Below, piece after piece: positions 9,201 through 17,454 of a stretch of DNA of 64,000 nucleotides (position 1 is its first letter; every line of letters starts with the position of its first letter). This DNA is from Spartobacteria bacterium (GTDB lineage: Bacteria > Verrucomicrobiota > Verrucomicrobiia > Chthoniobacterales > Chthoniobacteraceae): positions 15,825 to 79,824 of the forward strand of contig JAJPII010000029.1 in assembly GCA_021324825.1 (NCBI GenBank), read 5' to 3'. The translations under genes and the position numbers were made by a program. The notes under the pieces were generated by a model. It was not told where the DNA came from, made no database searches, and saw only the letters and a program-made list of their open reading frames with translations.

Positions 9201-12200
9201 GTGAGCGTGAATGCGCCCAGGCTCACAGAGCCTGAGACTGTCAGCGACGAGCTGGTCGAATTGTTCGTCCATGTCTGGGACTGGTTTAGAGCCACATTGG
9301 CTCCGATCGTCACCGGGCCTGCGTTGCTGTTCACAGTCAGACCGCCGGCTTCCAGGGTCAGCGTATTGCCATCGGCGTTGATGGTCACCGCGTTGGTTCC
9401 GGTAATCGCCGCGTTTGTGCCGCCGAATACCACGCCGGCAACGTCGAATCCCTGGCCGAGGGTATTGGTAAAGTTCGTGGCGTTGCTGCCCGAGAAGATA
9501 ACGGTGGTGTTCGCCTGCGGATACTCTTGCAGGAATTGAGTTCCGGCGACATCCGACGTGAAATTGGCTCCATTGCCGTTGGTCGCACTCCATGTGGTTC
9601 CCGCCGCGCCCGACCAGTAAGCTATGGCGGGGGCGGTGGCGCCGGAGGTAACCAGGAGCACGCTGGATCCGGTCACGGTCAGGGTGCCGCCCACGCCGAA
9701 GCTCAGGTTGTTCGCGTTATTGAGGGTGAGCGCACCTTCGGTAGCGCTCCCGCTCCCTGTTGAGAAGCCCGTTCCCGCGCCGGCGCCGAAGGTCATCAGG
9801 GTGTAAGTCGTGTTCGAGACGAGGCCAAAGTTCGTAATGTTGATCAGGCCGCCGCCGCTGTTCTCGGTGAACGTGCCGGTGATCGCGATCCGATCGGCAT
9901 TGTTGCTTTTGACCCCGAAATCCAGGATCGACTGGCCGGTCGAGCCGTCGCCGATGGTAAGGTTCCCAAGGGTGAGAACACTGGTTCCGCCATTAACCAC
10001 ATTGACAGTGCCTTGCGCCGGGGCGGTCGCGCCGCCCGCCACGGTGACCGTGCCGGCGATTTTGCCGCCGTTGGCGCCCAAAAGCGTTCCGCCGCCATTT
10101 ATGGCAACACTCGTGCCGGCGCCCAAAGTGCCGCTGACAAGGAGCGCTCCGCCGTTGACGGTGGTAGCGCCGGTATAACTGTTTGAACCCGACAGTGTGG
10201 TTGTCCCGGACGTATTGGTGACCGAGGATGTGCCGGTAATAACGCCGGAGGCGCTTTCCGTGAACGTCGCCGCATTGCTGATGGCGGTGCCGCCTCCGAC
10301 CCCGGAACCGAGAGTGCCCGTGAGGCTGAGCGTGCCGCCGTTGACGGTGGTCGCGCCGGTATAAGTATTTGAGCCTGACAGTGTGGTTGTGCCGCTGCCC
10401 GACTGGATGAAGACGCCCGTCCCGCTGATGATGCCGCTGAGCGTATTCGTGATGCCGGCGCCCTCGACCCCCGAGACAGTGCCGCTGTCGGCGATGGCGC
10501 CGCTATAGTTTCCGCTCGTGACCATGTCGAATGCCAGAGTAGCGCCCGCCGCCACCGTGGATGCGCTGATGGATGCAGTCGTGCTGGTCAGCAGGCCGAC
10601 GCCGTTGCCGATTTGCAGCGTTCCCGCGTTCACGGTGGTCGCGCCAGTGTAAAAGTTCGTACCCGAAAGAATCAACGTTCCGGTGCCCACCTTGGTCAGC
10701 GCGAGCTGATTCAAGGCAGCGAGGTCGTTGTTGTTAAGGGGGTCGCCGGAGTTGAGGTTATCTTTTATCACGCCTCCATAAGTCGTGCTGGTATTTAGCG
10801 CACCAACGCTAAGCGTCTGGACCTTCGTCGTCGACGTTTGCTGAAAGTGTCCCGCAATTTCTCCTGTGCCGGACAGCGAGCCGAGGTTGAACGTATTAGT
10901 CCCCGTCACGTCCGTTGAGAAGCCGCCGTTGATTACCCATGCCGCGCTCGCGCTGCCGGCACTAGCCGATGCCAACCTGACGTTGCCACCTGTGACCGTA
11001 ATGGTTCCGGTATAGCCGGAATTGTTTCCCCCCAACTCGAAACCGTTGGTGCCGACAGTTGCGGATAGGCCAAGAGCGCCACTCCCGGTAATATTGCCGT
11101 TTAGAACCAAGTTGCTGCCTCCAGCAGCGCCCGAAACGATCGAGGAAGCTCCGTTTACAGCGATGGCATTTGCCAGGGTGCTGTTCGCGGTGGTCGCTCC
11201 AGCACTGGTCAAAGTGCCGCCATTCATCGTCAGCGTGCCACTGCCGAGAGCTGTGGCATTGCCAACCGCTAACGTGCCGGAATCAAGGAAAGTGCCGCCG
11301 CTATAAGTGTTTGCGCCAGCTAGTATCACGGTGCTCGTGCCGGTAGTGGTTAACGCGGATGCAGTGCTGCCGTTGTTTGATATAATGTTATTAATCGTGA
11401 TTCCCGCAGTCTCCGCCGCGAGAACGAGTTCGCTGTTGGTCCCAATCTGCACATTAAGGGCGAACCCTCCTCCCCCAATTACGAGCGTCCCGGTCCCGGC
11501 ATTCATGATGCCATTGGCAATTAATAAAGTACCAGAGGTATTCGCTTGTTGGATCATTCCCGATCCCGTGTAGCGTATAGTATTGACGTTGCGCTGAAGT
11601 CCGGTAACGCCAAGCGTACCGGAGACGCTGATATCATAATTTACCGTAGGATTGTTCCCACTTGGAAGGCCGCCCCAAGCACTTCCGGCGGTCGACTCGG
11701 AAGTTGCGCCTGTATAGGCGATGATATTCGAGCCACCGGTCACTGTGGCATAGGTATAGCCGTTTGCCGAGTTGTTCGCGGCGGCGCCTGTGCCGCTGAC
11801 AATGGCCCACGGCCCCAGAATACTGTTCGTATTCGTCGTACCTGTAAGGATGCCGTTCGAGGCGCTCTGCGTGCCGGTGGGCAGAGTGAATACAACCGTG
11901 CCTCCCGTGTTGCGCGTGATCGCGCCCAGGTTCAGCGAGAGCGGGTTGGCTGTCGCGTTCGCATTCAGAGTGATGGCCGAGCCGCCGGAGTTGAAGGTCG
12001 CGCCGTTGAACCGCTGGCTGTTGGTGGCGTTGGCGCTCCCGGTCAGCTTCAGCGTGCCGCCGCCCATGACGAGGGCCGAACTGTTCGCGCCGTTATTGAT
12101 GATGTTGGTCGCGGGAGCGCCCGCGGCGGCGAAGTTCAGGTTCACCGTGCCGGCGTTGATCGTCGTTGCGCCGGTGTAGACGTCACTGCCGGAGAGCGTC

Positions 12201-12730
12201 AGCGTGCCACCGCCCGTCAAGGTCAAACCGTTGGCGCCGGAGATAACGGAGGCGATGTTCGCCGCGCCGGCGATATCAAGGTTGCCGCTGGCGCCGAGAA
12301 CGAGGCCCAGGGCGCCGACGCCATTTTGGATGGTCAGCGTTCCCCCGGATGCCACATAGAGAAGATCAGCCGCGTTGGGAGCCACGGAATTGCTTCCGCC
12401 ATTGAGGGTGATGGTTCCAGCCGCCGCATTGGAGTTTGTGATGACAAGGGATTGAGTGGCATCCAGGTCATTGAGTGTGGCGAAAACCAGCCCCGCGCCG
12501 TTGTCGTCCAAAGTGGTGGAAGTGTAGGCTCCCGAGAGGATGACATCCGTCCCGCTGGCGGCCGTGGGAGTGATGGCAGGCGAGTAGTTCGCGCCATTTG
12601 AAAGATCGGTTGCGGAGTTCGAGAATGTCGTCGCGGTATCCGCAGCCAATATCAGGCGCGGGGCGAAGAACGCGGCCACGATTGCGAGGAGGAAGGCGAG
12701 GCTCTTCGTCAGAGGGGTGAACTTGTTCAT
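6296..12730 (-). CDS. Giant autotransporter-associated beta-strand (PATR) repeat adhesin with C-terminal PEP-CTERM sorting signal
   Basis: 2144-aa ORF. Signal peptide MNKFTPLTKSLAFLLAIVAAFFAPRLILAADT. Dozens of repeats of the type GxGTLxLSGSNTYTGATTVNGGTL. C-terminal VPEPTTILAGVLLVGLLGYRERKRL gives the PEP motif, a TM helix and a basic tail. Confidence 0.85.
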   Translation of the reverse strand: MNKFTPLTKSLAFLLAIVAAFFAPRLILAADTATTFSNSATDLSNGANYSPAITPTAASGTDVILSGAYTSTTLDDNGAGLVFATLNDLDATQSLVITNSNAAAGTITLNGGSNSVAPNAADLLYVASGGTLTIQNGVGALGLVLGASGNLDIAGAANIASVISGANGLTLTGGGTLTLSGSDVYTGATTINAGTVNLNFAAAGAPATNIINNGANSSALVMGGGTLKLTGSANATNSQRFNGATFNSGGSAITLNANATANPLSLNLGAITRNTGGTVVFTLPTGTQSASNGILTGTTNTNSILGPWAIVSGTGAAANNSANGYTYATVTGGSNIIAYTGATSESTAGSAWGGLPSGNNPTVNYDISVSGTLGVTGLQRNVNTIRYTGSGMIQQANTSGTLLIANGIMNAGTGTLVIGGGGFALNVQIGTNSELVLAAETAGITINNIISNNGSTASALTTTGTSTVILAGANTYSGGTFLDSGTLAVGNATALGSGTLTMNGGTLTSAGATTANSTLANAIAVNGASSIVSGAAGGSNLVLNGNITGSGALGLSATVGTNGFELGGNNSGYTGTITVTGGNVRLASASAGSASAAWVINGGFSTDVTGTNTFNLGSLSGTGEIAGHFQQTSTTKVQTLSVGALNTSTTYGGVIKDNLNSGDPLNNNDLAALNQLALTKVGTGTLILSGTNFYTGATTVNAGTLQIGNGVGLLTSTTASISASTVAAGATLAFDMVTSGNYSGAIADSGTVSGVEGAGITNTLSGIISGTGVFIQSGSGTTTLSGSNTYTGATTVNGGTLSLTGTLGSGVGGGTAISNAATFTESASGVITGTSSVTNTSGTTTLSGSNSYTGATTVNGGALLVSGTLGAGTSVAINGGGTLLGANGGKIAGTVTVAGGATAPAQGTVNVVNGGTSVLTLGNLTIGDGSTGQSILDFGVKSNNADRIAITGTFTENSGGGLINITNFGLVSNTTYTLMTFGAGAGTGFSTGSGSATEGALTLNNANNLSFGVGGTLTVTGSSVLLVTSGATAPAIAYWSGAAGTTWSATNGNGANFTSDVAGTQFLQEYPQANTTVIFSGSNATNFTNTLGQGFDVAGVVFGGTNAAITGTNAVTINADGNTLTLEAGGLTVNSNAGPVTIGANVALNQSQTWTNNSTSSSLTVSGSVSLGAFTLTGSGAGATTISGNIAGSGGVIQAGSGTLTLTGSDSYTGTTAVTAGLLQIGNGVSGSISNTGTSTVAAGATLAFDMATSGSYGGKIAIANSGTVAGIETAGITNTLGGVISGSGGFAQSGAGTTILTATNTYTGGNAITGGTVSISADPNLGATASAVTLNGGAVATTAGITDTHAFTIGPSGGTIDVTTTGQYYFHTANTLLGSGTLTVTGAGTLTANTGNLRVDQTNTFSGNVVLQSGGIFESGTTGAIASSGTFFINNNGELALQGSPATTLLNTIIVNGGTNSVLSFENGNGGNYAGPITLNANVTIGLRDWYNYGAQINGTISSGISGVGGLTTSSGTATASGTLTLTGTNTYAGTTTINSTSALQLGNGGATGALSSSSAIVDNGAFIIDRNNAVTQGVDFNNTITGGGGFTQLGSGTTTLTGSNSYTGATTVSAGALQIGNGVSGSISNSSASTVAAGATLAFDMANNTSYTGTIADSGTVAAIETVGISNTLGGVISGAGVFIQSGSGTTTLAALNTFTGNMVINSGTVAINTVAAGVNGTTSGIGSLNTASRTVTVNSGATLALLAANELGTGGSTTVPLTAIILNGGTFSTGSQTGAGGFWNLVGPLTLNGGTVNVGTGANNTNFQGLALYGTVTVGGSTASVIQNFSGSTSGSNGVELTATGGQITFNVASTGAVGPDLTVSTALLNSQSTSTAAGLIKSGLGVMSLTGSSTYTGATTVNGGTLALGRAGVAGNAAGGTLGGSTPITVNTGGTLLVSASSAIGTGSTMTLASGTLALSKNEGAGASVTGNTFSGFQNTGGLLSGTSVSTGSTVTTGASLNGIGALTLTANSTIDFKNTAETVVFNGYTDNGKLLNVINYSNTTALSSGYTSSGVDGTDDRLIFNIAGGLTTTQLNDISFNGVQGAVEIQLGNGSNFYEVTAVPEPTTILAGVLLVGLLGYRERKRLIGMRSRLVAKKV

Positions 12731-13267
12731 GGGTATACTCCGGGAGGGCTGGGTTCTGGGCGGGTGGCGGTTACAATCGGGTAAAAAATTGGGCGGAATG
12801 GTGGTTCAACCTTGGACAAATACACGGGAGGGGAAAGGCTGTCAAATAAAAAAATTAAATTTACGGTGTTTTTTTGAACGAAATGCGGGTCGGGTGAATC
12901 GCCCTTTCTTTTATGAATGCGAAGGGAGGGGATTTCTCCTGGGGGAGCCATGGTTGAGAACTGGAGAAGCGGAGGTTTTTCGACATGGTTTTTATATATC
13001 TTGTTTATGATAAGAGAGTTGTGAGATTTATGGCGGATGCGGCGCGGGTGGTTTGGCGGCGCGCCCTCCATTTATGTCATTCCGTGTTAGTTCTTTGTTA
13101 AAATCGTGTTAAACGAGGGGGTCGTTGGCCGCTTGGAGGGAGGGTGTCTGAGGGGAAGTCGGACGTTCGGATCTTTCGGCTCAGGTGGATAAAAAATAAC
13201 AGGGGGATTATTTTATCGCCCGGAAAAGGAGGAGATTGGTTAATTGGGTTGATAATCAGGTTGGCGA

Positions 13268-13329
13268 TGTAGAGGCGCTTGTGCCAAGCGCCTTTTTTTG
13301 GATAGGCGGCTGGCACAGCCGCCTCTACA
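13268..13329. repeat. REPIN doublet immediately 5' of the RAYT gene
   Basis: tgtagaggcgcttgtgccaagcgcct + T7 spacer + aggcggctggcacagccgcctctaca. Nearly identical to the doublet at 13858-13920. Confidence 0.85.
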
Positions 13330-13400
13330 ATGGTGGGGCGTTGTGGAATGGCCGAGGAAGGGCTCGCTTTGGCGTTCCCGGAGTGGCAGGTTTGTTGACG

Positions 13401-13853
13401 ATGGCTAACCGCCCGTTACGTCTCGACCGGGTTTTTCAGACGCATGGGGAGGCTTTGTTTTTCGTGACGTTCAATACGCATAGGCGCGCGGCCATTCTGG
13501 CATGCGAGGCGGTCCATGCCCGCTTTGTCGCTTTCGCGCGGGAGTCGGAGGGGCGGAATATCGCGGTGGGGCGCTATGTGATCATGCCGGATCACGTGCA
13601 TTTGTTCGTGCAGGGCGGGGCGGGGTTCGTCCTTTCCGGCTGGATTCGGATGCTGAAACGCAGTCTCTCACAGGCAATCGCCGCCGGACCGCCCCACTGG
13701 CAGGAGGGGTTTTTCGATCACCTGGTGCGCCACGATGAGAGTTACGCCCGGAAATGGGATTACGTGCGGGATAACCCGAGGCGCGCGAAGCTGGTGCGGG
13801 AGGAGGAGGAGTGGCGGTACCAAGGTGAGGTCGTTGTTATTGACCGGGCGTGA
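13401..13853 (+). CDS. REP-associated tyrosine transposase (RAYT, IS200/IS605-like Y1 HUH transposase family)
   Basis: ORF 13236..13853. The 5' part of that ORF translates the REPIN, so the ATG at 13401 (MANRPLRLDRVF...) is preferred. HUH motif PDHVHLFV (cac gtg cat at 13593-13601). C-terminal WDYVRDNPRRAKL carries the Tyr motif. REP doublets flank both sides. Confidence 0.8.
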   Translation: MANRPLRLDRVFQTHGEALFFVTFNTHRRAAILACEAVHARFVAFARESEGRNIAVGRYVIMPDHVHLFVQGGAGFVLSGWIRMLKRSLSQAIAAGPPHWQEGFFDHLVRHDESYARKWDYVRDNPRRAKLVREEEEWRYQGEVVVIDRA

Positions 13854-13857
13854 TGGT

Positions 13858-13972
13858 TGTAGAGGCGCTTGTGCCAAGCGCCTTTTTTTGGGATAGGCGG
13901 CTGGCACAGCCGCCTCTACAACCGGGGATAGGCGGCTGGCACAGCCGCCTCTACAACCGGCCTCTACAATGC
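13858..13972. repeat. REPIN doublet plus a perfect 35-bp tandem duplication of the right REP unit
   Basis: tgtagaggcgcttgtgccaagcgcct, then ggataggcggctggcacagccgcctctacaaccgg twice in tandem (13891-13925 and 13926-13960), then a partial third copy cctctacaatg. Confidence 0.85.
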
Positions 13973-14482
13973 TTCGGTTAGCCGGATGGCTGTCGCGGCG
14001 AGGTTTTCGATGCGGGTTCTGACTTCGGCGTTGATTTCGTCGCCGGCGAAGTCGGCGCCGGAGCCGTAGACGTACCGGGGGATGATGACGCATTCGAAGT
14101 CGAGCATGAGGCTGTTGGCCAGGGGCATGGCGGACATGTAGCTGCGGTGGCCGCCCGCGGCGCAGAGGAAGCCGACGATTTTGTCGTTCCAGGCTTCGCC
14201 GGTGAGTTCGATGAGGTTTTTGGCGAAGCCGCTGGTGGAGTAGTTGTAGATGGGGACGGCGAGGATGACGCACCGGGCGGCGGCTATGCGGGCCTGGAGG
14301 GGGGCGACGAGGGGATGCCCGTAGGCTTCGGCGGCGTCGCAGAAGGGGAGGGGCAGGCGGCGGGCGTCGATGTACTCGGCTTGGACCCGGGTGAGGAGGC
14401 GCTCGTGCAGGGCGAGGGCGAGGGCGCGGCTGCGGCTGGCGGGGCTGAGGCTGCAACTGATGATGAGGAAGTCGCCTTTCAC
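13964..14482 (-). CDS. NAD(P)H-dependent FMN reductase family protein
   Basis: 172-aa ORF. LIISCSLSPASRSR at the N-terminus and AVPIYNYSTSGFAKN are typical of the FMN_red family. The stop codon TAG is supplied by REP-derived sequence (cattgtagagg). Confidence 0.75.
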   Translation of the reverse strand: MKGDFLIISCSLSPASRSRALALALHERLLTRVQAEYIDARRLPLPFCDAAEAYGHPLVAPLQARIAAARCVILAVPIYNYSTSGFAKNLIELTGEAWNDKIVGFLCAAGGHRSYMSAMPLANSLMLDFECVIIPRYVYGSGADFAGDEINAEVRTRIENLAATAIRLTEAL

Positions 14483-14573
14483 AGGGGGGAAGGGTAAAGA
14501 AGAGGGGGCGGGATGGGAAGGGCATTTTCCCGTGGCGCGTGGCGCGCATCTAGCTCACTTTTGTGGCTCATTA

Positions 14574-15815
14574 ATGAGAGGAGCGCGTTCATCCCAGACA
14601 AGCCCGGCGGTTCCCATTCCGATCCTGCTCATCGAGGATAACCTGGAGTTCGCGGGGTTGGTGGAGGCCATCCTCGGGACGGGGAGCATCGCTTTCAAGG
14701 TGCATTGCGCGGATAAGCTCCAGGCGGGGCTGGAGATCCTGGCGACGGAGGAGATCGCGCTGGTGTTGTGCGATTTGACGCTGGAGGATTCTTCGGGCCG
14801 GGAGACGTTTGACAGGGTGCGGACGGCGGCGCCGGGGGTGCCGGTGATCGTTCTCAGCGGGTTGGACGATGAGTCGCTGGCGGTGGAGACGGTGCGGCTG
14901 GGGGCGCAGGATTACCTTGTAAAAGGGCAGTTTGATACGCAGAGTCTGGCCCGCGCGGTGCGCTACGGCCTGGAACGGAATGCCCTGGAGTCCCAATTGG
15001 CGGCGTATGCGGAGGAACTGCGCCGGAAAAACGCCGAGATGGAGGCTGAATTGAAGATGGCGAGGGAGCTCCAGCGGGCTTATCTGCCGGAGCAGCACCG
15101 GCGTTTCCCGGCGGCTGGGAGGGCTGGTTCGGAGATCCATCTTTCGTACCGTTACCAGCCGGCTTCGAAGATCGGCGGGGATTTTTTCGACATCGTGGAG
15201 ATTTCCGAGACGGAGATCGGGGTCTTCATCTGCGATGTGATGGGGCACGGGGTGCGGGCGGCGCTGGTGTCGGCGATCCTGCGCGGGCTGGTGGAGGAGT
15301 TGAAGCCGGTGGCGGGGAACGCGGGGGCATTCCTGTCGGCGGTGAATCGCGGGTTGCTGTCGAGCCTCGCGCATGCGGAAGACCAGATTTTCGCGACGGG
15401 TTTTTATATGGTGTTGGACCTGGCGCGGCAGGAGTTGCACTTCGCGAACGCTGGGCACCCGAGTCCGCTCTGTCTGAACCGCGCCACGGGGACGGCGACG
15501 CCGATCCGCCCTCCCAACCGGGGTTGCGGGCCGGTGCTGGGGATGTTCGGGGGGGCGCGCTACGAGGTGTTTCACAAGGCGCTGGGCCCGGAGGATTTGC
15601 TGGTTCTGTTCACGGACGGCTTGTATGAGGTCGAGGATGGCAACCGGGAGCCGTACAGCATGGAGTCGCTGCCGGCGGCGCTGGAACGGCGGAGTCTGCT
15701 CGAGCCCGCGGAGTTATTCGACGACCTGCTTGCGGAGATACAGGAGTTCTCGGCGAATCACGAATTTGAGGATGACGTTTGCCTGGTGGGTTTGGAAGTG
15801 AAGTCCGGGGGATGA
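14574..15815 (+). CDS. Response regulator receiver fused to PP2C/SpoIIE-type phosphatase (RsbU-like)
   Basis: ORF 14370..15815. The upstream part is antisense to the FMN reductase gene, so the ATG at 14574 is preferred. Receiver motifs ILLIEDN...LVLCDLTL...VIVLSG...DYLVKG. A coiled linker is followed by SpoIIE-type GGDFFD...CDVMGHG...FTDGLYE. Confidence 0.8.
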   Translation: MRGARSSQTSPAVPIPILLIEDNLEFAGLVEAILGTGSIAFKVHCADKLQAGLEILATEEIALVLCDLTLEDSSGRETFDRVRTAAPGVPVIVLSGLDDESLAVETVRLGAQDYLVKGQFDTQSLARAVRYGLERNALESQLAAYAEELRRKNAEMEAELKMARELQRAYLPEQHRRFPAAGRAGSEIHLSYRYQPASKIGGDFFDIVEISETEIGVFICDVMGHGVRAALVSAILRGLVEELKPVAGNAGAFLSAVNRGLLSSLAHAEDQIFATGFYMVLDLARQELHFANAGHPSPLCLNRATGTATPIRPPNRGCGPVLGMFGGARYEVFHKALGPEDLLVLFTDGLYEVEDGNREPYSMESLPAALERRSLLEPAELFDDLLAEIQEFSANHEFEDDVCLVGLEVKSGG

Positions 15816-16846
15816 GGGTTCTTTTCGGCCCGGATTTCCGGCATCTGGTTCAGTACCAGCAACTGCTGGCGGACGCGCTGGGGGCGGGAGGGGTTGACGT
15901 CGAGTTTTTGCAGGGGTATCGGCGGCTCCTGCCGATGACCCGCGGGGTGCGGGCGGCGCGGCCGGATGTGTTCCACCTCCACTTCCCGGTGCACTACATT
16001 CGCTGCAACGGGAAGCTGGACGAGGCGAGGAAGTATCGCTTTTTCGCGGATGTCTGGCTGGCGGCGAGGGCGGCGCGTCTTGTTTATACGGTTCACGATC
16101 TTTACCCGACCAGCTACGCGCAGGATAAGGCCGGCAACGCGGGGCAGCATTATCTGCTGCGGCGGGCGGCGGGGCTGATCGTCCATTCGGAGGAGGCTCT
16201 GAAGCAAGTTCTGGAGATTGGGGGCGTTCCGGCGGAGAAATGCACGGTCATCCCGCATGGCGATCTTTCGGCGCCGATGGGGCAGCCCATCCCCCGCGCG
16301 CTGGCACGCGCGCAGGCGGGGTTCCAGGAGGGGGAACGCATCTGCCTCGCGCCGGGGATAGTGACGCCCAACAAGGGGCTGGAGGAATTGATCGCTTACT
16401 GGAAACGGGAGAAGCCGGATGCCATCCTCCTGATCGCCGGGCACGCCCACGACGGCGGCTACGGCCAGCGGCTGAACATGCTCGCCTCCGGGGTTGCGAA
16501 TGTCCGCCTGCGGCTCGGGTTCGTCTCCGACTACGATCTGAAGGTGCTCTTCTGCGCGGCGGATTGCGTGGTCATCAATTACCGGACGATCTTCACCTCG
16601 GGCGTGGCGAGTCTGGCGCGTTCCTTCGGGACGCCCCTGCTGCTGCCGGAACGGCTGAAGACGGTGCATCTGCTGGAGCCGCATCCTTCGGTGGTGCGAT
16701 TTGGCGAAGGGGACTTCGGGGTGAAGCTGGCGGAGACTCTTTCGCTCACGACGGATTACGCCGCCGCGGAGGAATGGCGGAATGCGACCGCCTGGGACAA
16801 GGTCGCCGCCAGGACGCGGGCGGTCTATGAATCCGTGACTTCGTAA
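15812..16846 (+). CDS. GT-B fold glycosyltransferase (GT1/GT4-like)
   Basis: ORF 15779..16846. The start at 15812 (MRVLFGPDF) overlaps the upstream stop (ATGA). The C-terminal half (PNKGLEELI...LLIAGH...FCAADCVVINY) is typical of retaining GT-B enzymes. Its 3' end overlaps the convergent PPTase gene by 22 nt. Confidence 0.6.
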   Translation: MRVLFGPDFRHLVQYQQLLADALGAGGVDVEFLQGYRRLLPMTRGVRAARPDVFHLHFPVHYIRCNGKLDEARKYRFFADVWLAARAARLVYTVHDLYPTSYAQDKAGNAGQHYLLRRAAGLIVHSEEALKQVLEIGGVPAEKCTVIPHGDLSAPMGQPIPRALARAQAGFQEGERICLAPGIVTPNKGLEELIAYWKREKPDAILLIAGHAHDGGYGQRLNMLASGVANVRLRLGFVSDYDLKVLFCAADCVVINYRTIFTSGVASLARSFGTPLLLPERLKTVHLLEPHPSVVRFGEGDFGVKLAETLSLTTDYAAAEEWRNATAWDKVAARTRAVYESVTS

Positions 16847-17454
16847 GAGCGAACGGCGAGCGGTTTTCCCGCGACGACCACGGCGGCGGCGTAGCGGGCT
16901 CCGAGTTCGGGTTCGAAGAGCGACCACCGGGCTTCCTCGAGCGCGGAAGCGACGTCGATTTCCTCCGGGGGAAGGGAAAAGCCTTTGCCGACAGCCTTGA
17001 GGTAGGCCTCCTTGCGCGTCCATAGCTTGAAAAAATCCTCGCCTTCGGAAAGCAGGGCGCGCTCCCGGGGCGCAAAGACATTTTCCAGGGCGGGGAAGCC
17101 GGGCCTTCGAAATTCCACGTCGGCGCCAAGTTCCATTTCCCGGGAGAACGCGAAGAGGGCGAGGCTTTCGGAATGGGACATATTGAACTTCAAGGTCCCG
17201 CCGTCCAAGGCCGGTTTGCCATAAGGCGAACGGATGAAAAGCGGCTCCGCGCCCAGCCAGGATGCGAGCAGGAACCGCAACCACCCGTGCGCGGCGATGA
17301 AGCGCGCCCGGTGACCGGGAAAGCGGAAGCGCGACGCGCGGGCGGCTTCCCCGGAGTCAAGCGTGCGCTCGAATCTCCGCAGGGCGTCTTCCTCGAGGTC
17401 GAGGCGGGCGTGGACGACGTGGACTTCGCCGTCCGCGAGTTGCGGCGGAGTCAC
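16825..17454 (-). CDS. 4'-phosphopantetheinyl transferase, Sfp type
   Basis: 209-aa ORF. Motifs FNMSHSESLALFAFS, GADVE and WTRKEAYLKAVGKG. The GTG start overlaps the upstream stop (GTGA at 17451-17454). It is the last gene of the NRPS-PKS operon. Confidence 0.8.
   Translation of the reverse strand: MTPPQLADGEVHVVHARLDLEEDALRRFERTLDSGEAARASRFRFPGHRARFIAAHGWLRFLLASWLGAEPLFIRSPYGKPALDGGTLKFNMSHSESLALFAFSREMELGADVEFRRPGFPALENVFAPRERALLSEGEDFFKLWTRKEAYLKAVGKGFSLPPEEIDVASALEEARWSLFEPELGARYAAAVVVAGKPLAVRSYEVTDS

Noticed and set aside
13236-13400. N-terminal extension of the RAYT ORF.
   Set aside because: It translates the REPIN doublet (DVEALVPSAFFWIGGWHSRLY). The conserved RAYT sequence begins after the ATG at 13401. 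Similar over-extended ORFs were trimmed at 14370, 35071, 36525, 53591, 54913, 55619, 57296, 58681 and 59969.
13668-14549. 293-aa minus-strand ORF overlapping the RAYT 3' end, the REP array and the FMN reductase gene.
   Set aside because: Extremely Arg/Pro-rich (RRRLRRRRNQRR...). It reads through REP repeats and is out of frame with the well-supported FMN reductase ORF.
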